Positions 1 through 5,969 of a DNA stretch of 5,969 bases are shown in pieces. Made by a program: the position numbers and the translations under genes. Where the stretch lies: assembly GCF_006345805.1 (NCBI RefSeq), contig NW_021828370.1, forward strand, positions 1-5,969. The letters are read 5' to 3'. Under the pieces are notes generated by a model. That model did no database searches. It was not told where the DNA came from and worked only from the letters and a program-made list of their open reading frames with translations. Every line of letters begins with the position of its first letter. The first letter of the stretch is position 1. This DNA is from Octopus sinensis. Lineage: Eukaryota.

Positions 1-152
1 GGAGTGTCGTGTGGTAGTAGCTGCTTACCAACCACATGGTCCAGGTTCAGTCCCACTGCGTGGCAACTTGGACAAGTGTCTTCTACTATAGCCTCGGGCC
101 GACCAAAACCTTGTGAGTGGATTTGGTAGACGGAAACTGAAAGAAGCCCATC

Positions 153-153
<1 letters not shown>

Positions 154-192
<39 letters not shown>

Positions 193-216
193 GTGTGTGT
201 GCGTGTATGTTTGTGT
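154..216. repeat. (TA)n then (TG)-rich microsatellite inside SINE family A
   Basis: Perfect TA run 154-186 followed by degenerate TG repeats. Confidence 0.97.
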
Positions 217-394
217 TTGACTGCCTAGCATTGCTTGACAACCGATGCTGGTGTGTTTATGTCCCTGTCACTTAGCGGTTCGGCAAAAGAGACCGATAGA
301 ATAAGTACTGGGCTTACAGAGAATAAGTCCTGGCGTCGAGATGCTCGATTAAAAGCGGTGCTCCAGCATGGCCGCAGTAAAATGACTGAAACAC

Positions 395-422
395 GTAAAA
401 GAGTAAAAGAGTAAAAGAGTAA
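395..422 (+). repeat. (GTAAAAGA)x3.5 SINE 3' tail
   Basis: Exact 8-mers at 395-402, 403-410, 411-418 plus GTAA; short tandem tails are typical of LINE-mobilised SINEs. Confidence 0.9.
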
Positions 423-895
423 TTGTTTTTCCTATATTTTCTTTTACCAAAAGCCAGGAGCCTTTTTTTTCAGCATCCCCTCGTATGCATGCATATGCAT
501 GTTTACGGATCCTTAATGTTTGTGTTGACAACTGAAGAACAGATATTGTCAATACGAAGATTTAAAATATAAAAACTTCAAAAACATTCATGCATTTACG
601 GAAAATAACGGAAATACACGTTCGTGATGAAGGGTCGCAAGTATCATAGTCAACTTTTAAGCAACATCACCAACGCCTCTCAGAATCTATGTTTAGCAAC
701 CTAACAATAAATGCTGCCAATCTAATAATAAATGATACGCTAGAATCTTCAGTGATTTGTGAACCATACATTACATTTAAAGGTCATAAGCATAACTGCG
801 ATTGTAATCCCAGATGCTGATTTAATATATGTAGTAAAATGGGTTGAATCAGCGAAAATATTTTACATTCCGTAATTTAATAGTCATCCAAGCCG

Positions 896-1209
896 AGACG
901 ACGAGCTGGCGCAATCGTTAGCACGCTGGGAAAAAATGCTAAGCGGTATTTCAGCCGTCTTTTCTTTTTGAGTTCAAATTCCGCCGTTGTCGACTTTTCG
1001 ATTTATCGATTTTTCTTTTTTTTTTTTTCGTGGTCGATAAATTAAGTACCATTTAGACACTGAGATTGATGTAATCAGCTTACTCCCTTCTACAAACTTG
1101 CTGTTCGCTTTTCATTTTTTCGGGGTCGATAAAGTAAACACCATTTGAGTACTCGGGTCGATGCAATCTTCTAAAGTTGCTGGCCTTGTGTCGAGAGTAG
1201 AAAGAATTA
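896..1209 (+). mobile_element. tRNA-derived SINE, family B, diverged copy with internal ~92-bp duplication
   Basis: A-box-like TGGCGCAATCG (907-917); B-box-like GAGTTCAAATTC (970-981); collinear with the array unit (GGTATTT 945, GAGTTCAAATTC, GTCGACTTT, GGTCGATAA..AAGTACC); ends GTAGAAAGAATTA (1197-1209), like the unit end GTAGTAAAGAAATA. Confidence 0.8.
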
Positions 1210-1544
1210 CTTCACTCCTCAACATCAGTGAGGATTCTTCTGCGTGGTCGTTCAGTTTCTCAAAAAAATAACAGCCAAATATACTTCAAAACACGACCAC
1301 TATCCATATGTATAAACGGAGGACATATTGGACAAAATTGTCGATTGGCTTTTAGAAAAAATTTGGATATTAAAGGCTGGAGCGCATTTCGCTATGTCTT
1401 CTCGTTGAAGACCGATCCTGAGCGAAACAATTCAACAAATCAATTCACCCATCGCAAAATCCCTTGAAGTCCCTCAAAATGCATCGAATTTAGACCTCGG
1501 TAAATCTTCCCATTTAATTTTCCGCAGCTCACTATTAAAAGAAT

Positions 1545-1931
1545 CGTGGCACTCCGTGAGTTACGAGGACGAGGGTTCCAGTTGATCCGATCAACGGAAC
1601 ATCCTGCTCGTGAAATTAACGAGTCAGTGGCTGAGTACTCCACAGACATGTGTACCCTTAATGTAGTTCTCAGGGAGATTCAGCGTGACATAGAGTGCGT
1701 GACAAGGCTGGCCCTTTAAAAATGCAGGTACAACAGAAACAGGAAGAAAGAGTGAGAGAAAGCTGTGGTGAAAAAGAACAGTAGGGTTCACCACCAACCC
1801 CTACCGAAGCCTCGTGGAGCTTTTAGGTGTTTTCGCTCAATAAACACTCACAACGCCCGGTCTGAGAATCGAAACCGCGACCCTACGACCGCGAGTCCGC
1901 GGCTCTAACCATTGGGCTATTGCGCCTCCAC
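1545..1931 (-). mobile_element. Full-length tRNA-derived SINE, family C, with 11-bp target-site duplication
   Basis: Minus-strand A-box TAGCCCAATGG (1919-1909) and B-box GGTTTCGATTC (1876-1866); 3' hairpin GTTCCGTTGATCGGATCAACTGGAAC; flanks ATTAAAAGAAT (1534-1544) and ATTACAAGAAT (1932-1942) match 10/11. Confidence 0.88.
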
Positions 1932-2044
1932 ATTACAAGAATAATCCAAGCTAAACAGGGTAACATCTGACAGTTTACATGAACCGCTAGAAATAACAGC
2001 TAAATCACCTTTAAATTTCTCAGTTGGACATTGTGGATATTGGG

Positions 2045-2156
2045 GGTCGTCCGTCGGTCACGACGGGGGCTATTCTGTTGCTCGTCTAACGGAATAGCTT
2101 ACGTGAAATTAATGCGTGGGGTCCTGGATGTTGCACGACTTGAACTCAAAACGTTT
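2045..2156 (-). mobile_element. Diverged relative of the family C 3' tail, preceded by a B-box-like motif
   Basis: 2050-2112 aligns by eye to ~1553-1619 (TCCGT, GT.ACGA, TTC..GTTG, AACGGAA, CGTGAAATTAA; roughly 70%); minus strand ACGTTTTGAGTTCAAG near 2154-2139. Confidence 0.6.
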
Positions 2157-2261
2157 CTTTTCGATGAGACAAAATCTGTCTCCTTTCTTCACTATTTTCC
2201 GCCCACAAACTTCGTCTCTCTTCCATACTCTCTACATTCTGTCTTTATATCTTCCTGTTTG

Positions 2262-2294
<33 letters not shown>

Positions 2295-2480
2295 ACATAC
2301 ATATGTAAACACACACGTCTATATATATATAAGTGTGTGTGTGAGTGTGTGTCTGTGAATATGTATATATATGTATATGTGTATATATATACTCATACAG
2401 AAAGATACACGGACATACACAGATACACACACACACAAACGCACTCACACGTACATACACACGCACACACATTCACACAC
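2262..2480. repeat. Compound microsatellite: (TCTA)8, then TA/TG/CA-rich
   Basis: (TCTA)8 at 2262-2293 followed by degenerate dinucleotide runs. Confidence 0.95.
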
Positions 2481-2529
2481 AAAAATGCCCACGACTTCCT
2501 GTTCCCTGAGACAAGACAACGATATCTCT

Positions 2530-2645
2530 CACCACCACCACCACCACTACAACCACCACCACTACGACCACCACCACCACTACCACCACCACCACACAAC
2601 AACAACAACAACACCCACACCACCGCCGCCGCCATCGCCGCCCAC
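2530..2645. repeat. Compound trinucleotide repeat (CAC)n/(AAC)n/(CGC)n
   Basis: CAC repeats with CTA/CGA interruptions to ~2594, AAC run ~2598-2613, CGC run ~2622-2641. Confidence 0.95.
2533..2635 (-). CDS. Speculative first coding exon: signal-peptide-like MAAAVVWVLLLLLC + Gly-rich linker
   Basis: Context GCGGCG-ATG-G; hydrophobic stretch then small residues; candidate donor G|GTGAGA (2532-2527) gives a phase-1 intron; lies downstream of the motif cluster at 2985-3087. Built entirely from triplet repeats, so may be chance. Confidence 0.18.
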
Positions 2646-2984
2646 CTATCCCTTAATATTCATCGGTTTATTTAACACCCAAATTGAGATCAATTAGCGA
2701 CTCAAATATTAAACGTAATCCATACACATGCGCAAAGTCACTAAACATTCTGCCGATGTAGAAACTTTAAGGGTTTCCCCTAAAATATGTCTTCTCCTTC
2801 CCATGCCATTACCCGCTTATTTTTGGCGTCTTCCCTTCTTATTTAATATTGCTTGATGCTTTTTTTTGTGTGTGTGTTTGTTTGTCTATTTATAAGTTTA
2901 TTATATTATTTTGGTTGTTTGTTTTGTTTTTAATTTGTTAATTTGGTTATTATCCCGAAGGTTCCCCGATTTGTGGGGCTTCCC

Positions 2985-3087
2985 TGACGCAACTACTCAA
3001 AGTGTAGCAACACACACAACATGGCTGCTATAATAACATTATTGCACGTACCGGATGTGACGTAGCAAGCAGGGCTGTTAGCAGCCC
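2985..3087. promoter_or_regulatory. Promoter-like cluster: TGACGCAA, YY1-like, overlapping ETS-CRE-like motif
   Basis: TGACGCAA 2985-2992; CAACATGGCTGC 3017-3028; CCGGATGTGACGTA 3051-3064; hairpin GGGCTG-TTAG-CAGCCC 3072-3087; non-repetitive, more GC-rich island between low-complexity tracts. Confidence 0.45.
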
Positions 3088-3112
3088 GAAACCAACTGAC
3101 TTAGAAACGGTT

Positions 3113-3200
3113 AAGATAGACACACAAATAGACACACAGACAGACAGACAGACAGACAAATAGATAGACAGATAGATAGATAGATATATAAACAGATAGA
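3113..3200. repeat. (GACA)n/(GATA)n tetranucleotide microsatellite
   Basis: GACA run grading into GATA run. Confidence 0.9.
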
Positions 3201-3400
3201 GGAAGGAAAGCGGGGGAGGAAGAAAAATAGAAAGAGAATTGGATAGAAAGAGTTAGAGAAGGAAAACTTATTTCACTAATGGACCGACTAAATGTATACG
3301 TCAATGGATTTTTGGCGAAACACCTACACATAATAAATGTGCTTGTATGTGTATTACGGTGCGTGTGTGTGCATGTGTGTAGGTATCAAAACAAATATAC

Positions 3401-3401
<1 letters not shown>

Positions 3402-3431
<30 letters not shown>

Positions 3432-3528
3432 CATACATACATACATACATACATGCATACATACATACAGACATACATACATACATACATACATACATAC
3501 ATACATACATACATACATACTTACATAC
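3402..3528. repeat. (TACA)n microsatellite, about 30 units
   Basis: Near-perfect TACA with single TGCA and GACA-type variants; source of the HTYI/MYVC ORFs. Confidence 0.98.
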
Positions 3529-3589
3529 AGATATATATGCGTATGCATGTCTGGATTTGTTATAGATATGTGTGTTGTGTATGTGTGTT

Positions 3590-3617
3590 GTATATGTAGT
3601 GTATTATATGTATATAT

Positions 3618-3662
<45 letters not shown>

Positions 3663-3803
3663 TATATATATACCTACACACTCACATACACACAGCACAC
3701 ATATGTATACAACTCCACAAATACAGACATGCATACTCACACACGCGCATATATATATATGGATATATATATATATGTACATAATATGTATATATGTATA
3801 TAT
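3590..3803. repeat. (TA)n and degenerate CA/TA low-complexity block
   Basis: Interrupted TA run ~3608-3671, then CA/TA-rich sequence. Confidence 0.93.
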
Positions 3804-3917
3804 AGAGAAAGAGAAGAGGGAAAAGGAGAAGAAGAAGAAGAAGAAGAAGAAGAAGAAGAAGAAGAAGAAGAAGAAGAAGAAGAAGAAGAAGAAGAAATAG
3901 AAGAAGAAGGAGTAGGA
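3804..3917. repeat. Purine tract with (GAA)23
   Basis: Perfect GAA 3828-3896, then ATA, (GAA)3, GGA GTA GGA. Confidence 0.98.
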
Positions 3918-4773
3918 GGTCGATTAAATAAGTACCAGTAACGCACTGGGGTCGATATAATCGACTTAATCCGTTTGTCTGTCCTTGTTTGTCTCCTCTG
4001 TGTAGGTAGTAAAGAAATAGGTATTTCGTCTGCCGCTACGTTCTGAGTTCAAATTCAGCCGAGGTCGACTTTGCCTTTCATTCTTTCGGGGTCGATTAAA
4101 TAAGTACCAGTTACGCACTGGAGTCGATATAATCGACTTAATCCCTTTGTCTGTCCTTATTTTTCCCCTCTGTGTTTAGCCCCTTGTAGGTAGTAAAGAA
4201 ATAGGTATTTCGTCTGCCGCTACGTTCTAAGTTCAAATTCAGCCGAGGTCGACTTTGCCTTTCATTCTTTCGGGGTCGATTAAATAAGTACCAGTTACGC
4301 ACTGGGGTCGATGTAATCGACTTAATCCCCTTGCCTGTCCTTGTTTTTCCTCTCTGTGTTTAGCCCCTTGTAGGTAGTAAAGAAATAGGTATTTCGTCTG
4401 ACGCTACGTTCTAAGTTCAAATTCAGCCGAGGTCGACTTTGCCTTTCATTCTTTCGGGGTCGATTAAATAAGTACCAGTTACGCACTGGGGTCGATGTAA
4501 TCGACTTAATCCCCTTGCCTGTCCTTGTTTTTCCTCTCGTGTGTCCTTCTGGTTTTAGTTAGCCCCTTGTGGTAGTAAAGAAATAGGTATTTCGTCTGCC
4601 GCTACGTTCTAAGTTCAAATTCAGCCGAGGTCGACTTTGCCTTTCATCCTTTCGGGATCGATTAAATAAGTACCAGTTATGCACTGGGGTCGATGTAATC
4701 GACTTAATCCCCTTGCCTGTCCTTGTTTTTCCTCTCTGTGTTTAGCCCCTTGTGGGTAGTAAAGAAATAGGTA
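3918..4773 (+). repeat. Tandem array of ~184-bp A-box-less family B SINE units (about 4.6 copies)
   Basis: Unit starts (GGTATTTC) at 4020, 4204, 4388, 4586; a final GGTA at 4770; spacings 184, 184, 198, 184; partial unit 3918-4019; units differ at only a few positions. Confidence 0.95.
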
Positions 4774-4867
4774 AAAGAAACGATCGCTCTGAAAACAAAA
4801 ACTCTGTTAAATTTTTTGCAAATGCAAAAAATTATCAAGCCATAATTTAAAGGTGTGTCTTCAAAAA

Positions 4868-5203
4868 TTAAAAGCTCAGATTTTTATTTAATGAATACAA
4901 ATCTTGAAATAACAAGGTAAATTTCTCCATTAATAACAGAATACAAAATAATTTTGAACGAAAAGATTTCTGCGAACAAATTTAGTCGGCATCATTTAAT
5001 TTCAAACACAGAAGGGATTTGTTCAACAAACCATTTCATTTCATAAAGACTCTCCAGTTTTCAAAAAACATTTCTACATCCTTTCTTTGTAATTTGTATT
5101 CCTCGAAATAATTATTCTCGCGGTGGCAATTTCCTTTAAAAACTATTGGACTATTGACTTCTTCAGCAGCGAAAAATGTTGGTTTCTGAGATGTGTTTGA
5201 ATA
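4868..5203 (-). pseudogene. Possible decayed coding relic (112 codons, 2 internal stops); product unknown
   Basis: One frame reads YSNTSQKPTFFAAEEVNSPIVFKGNCHRENNYFEEYKLQRKDVEMFFENWRVFMK*NGLLNKSLLCLKLNDAD*ICSQKSFRSKLFCILLLMEKFTLLFQDLYSLNKNLSF*; few stops for such AT-rich DNA. Confidence 0.2.
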
Positions 5204-5250
5204 TTACACCGTATTGACTTAAAGCAGGAAGAAGCGTTTATATTATAGAG

Positions 5251-5360
5251 GTGTATGTGTGTGTATATATGTACACACACACAAATATATATATATATGC
5301 ATATACATATATATTATTTATATATCCATACATAAATGTACATATATATATATATATATA
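5251..5360. repeat. TG/CA/TA microsatellite block
   Basis: Degenerate dinucleotide runs ending in perfect (TA)n at ~5342-5362. Confidence 0.93.
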
Positions 5361-5466
5361 TAGGCTCGAAACGTAAAAGCCTTTTTCTATTCCTGAGCGT
5401 TATACTAACACATCTGTTTGTTTTATACATCACCTGTCTTCGTCTTTTGTTTTTTTCGTAAACTCT

Positions 5467-5469
<3 letters not shown>
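5361..5469. mobile_element. Truncated copy of a (TA)n-flanked repeat (Penelope-like terminal-repeat candidate)
   Basis: About 92% identical over 109 nt to 5828-5936; bounded by (TA)n on both sides; starts inside the hammerhead-like stem II loop. Confidence 0.75.
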
Positions 5470-5528
<59 letters not shown>

Positions 5529-5578
5529 CTACTTATATATATCTATATATATGTGTGTATATGTGTGTGTGTGTGTGC
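5470..5578. repeat. (TA)n then (TG)n microsatellite
   Basis: TA run 5470-5528 with one interruption, followed by TA/TG runs. Confidence 0.97.
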
Positions 5579-5737
5579 GTTATTTAATAAACGCAATACA
5601 TATTTTTATAAGCTGTTATTAGTTTCATGCGATAAGAACACCTCAGACAGCATTTTTTTAGCTCGTCCAATGCCTTAGCCCAATCGTCAGGTTGTTTGGC
5701 ACAGCCTAAGGATTGCGATATATATATATATATATAT

Positions 5738-5936
5738 CGCCATGATTGATCGTTAGCCACTACACACATCTTTATCTCTCCTTGTTTCTCTCCTTGTTTT
5801 TTCTGTGTCCCTTTCTGTAGGAGAGCGTAGGCTCGAAACGTAAAAGATTTTTTCTATTCCTGAGCGTTATACTAATACATCTGTTTGTTTGTACACCACC
5901 TGTCTTCGTCTTTTGTTTTCTTTCGTAAACTTTCCC
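5738..5936. mobile_element. Longer copy of the (TA)n-flanked repeat, carrying a hammerhead-like motif
   Basis: Same right end (..TCCC|TATATA) as 5361-5469; left side abuts (AT)10 at 5718-5737; internal duplication TCTCTCCTTGTTT x2 (~5775-5799). Confidence 0.75.
5811..5846 (+). ncRNA. Minimal type I hammerhead-ribozyme-like motif with degenerate core
   Basis: Stem I CTTT(5811-14)/AAAG(5843-46); core CTGTAGGA (canonical CUGANGA); stem II GAGC-GTAG-GCTC; GAAA 5835-38; palindrome ACGT 5838-41 in place of helix III; GUA cleavage triplet ending at 5842. Confidence 0.5.
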
Positions 5937-5969
5937 TATATATATATATTACATTATATCCTTATCTAT

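Larger units (their letters stand above)
1..422 (+). mobile_element. tRNA-derived SINE, family A (octopus-type; CORE-like segment, internal microsatellite, tandem 3' tail); may begin just before the window
   Basis: B-box-like GGTTCAGTCCC at 44-54 after a degenerate A-box-like region (~5-16); AACTTGGACAAGT (65-77) resembles the CORE-SINE motif ACCTTGGGCAAGT; body resumes after an internal (TA)n/(TG)n tract; ends in (GTAAAAGA)x3.5. Octopus family assignment is from memory only. Confidence 0.8.

Noticed and set aside
461-820. Acceptor-like CTTTTTTTTTCAG (461-473), palindrome CATGCATATGCATG (488-501) and short open frames
   Set aside because: No matching donor or recognisable protein; the palindrome is explained by alternating purine-pyrimidine low complexity.
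1316-1408. Helix-like peptide TEDILDKIVDWLLEKIWILKAGAHF
   Set aside because: 30 codons between stops, no start or clear splice sites, no recognised family.
1404-1436. TTGAAGA...CGAAAC hammerhead-like words
   Set aside because: No stem II closing pair and no valid helix III or cleavage triplet.
1855-1931. Functional tRNA gene on the minus strand
   Set aside because: A and B boxes are present, but acceptor, anticodon and T stems do not pair and the sequence continues into a SINE body.
25-3946. Most listed ORFs (IY/HT/VC repeats, poly-His, poly-Pro, poly-Lys/Glu/Ser)
   Set aside because: They are translations of microsatellites or SINE sequence lacking stops; no recognisable domain.
4198-4210. 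Junction AATAG|GTATTT as a back-splice site
   Set aside because: No polypyrimidine tract before the AG, and the site is inside the repeating unit rather than at flanking introns.
4248-4326. HDV-like ribozyme in the array unit (GUCGACU/GGUCGAU as P1 with a G-U first pair; UAAGU/ACUUA as P2)
   Set aside because: L3 lacks the C needed for P1.1, there is no GG after P1, and J4/2 is too short; the pairings are explained by simple hairpins.
4204-4387. Hammerhead in the array unit (retrozyme)
   Set aside because: No CUGANGA on either strand.
3918-4773. CRISPR array
   Set aside because: Whole units are near-identical with no unique spacers; eukaryotic SINE-derived context; no cas genes.
5152-5220. 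TATTGACTT repeated 60 bp apart
   Set aside because: A 9-bp AT-rich match with no terminal repeats or other element features between; likely chance.
5418-5769. ORFs 5418-5678 (+) and 5584-5769 (-), including DDWAKALDELKKCC
   Set aside because: Both run through repeat and TA sequence; the peptide is unrecognised and the candidate splice donor is weak.

Overview
Eukaryotic, AT-rich, repeat-dense DNA with no confidently identifiable protein-coding gene; nearly all listed ORFs are microsatellite read-throughs. The repeat families look like those of Octopus/cephalopod genomes (recognised from memory, not searched). Contents: three different tRNA-derived SINE-like elements (1-422 +, ~896-1209 +, 1545-1931 - with an 11-bp target-site duplication); a diverged relative of the third element's 3' twin-hairpin tail (~2045-2156 -); many microsatellites; a promoter-like motif cluster (~2985-3087); an ~855-bp head-to-tail array of ~184-bp A-box-less copies of the second SINE family (3918-4773); and two copies of a (TA)n-flanked repeat (5361-5469, ~5738-5936). 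The longer copy carries a minimal, degenerate type I hammerhead-ribozyme-like fold of the kind known from Penelope-like elements. The best leads are the hammerhead-like motif and the SINE-derived array, whose precise junction and pairing ends suggest a circular-RNA or template-jump origin. All mechanisms are hypotheses from manual inspection.
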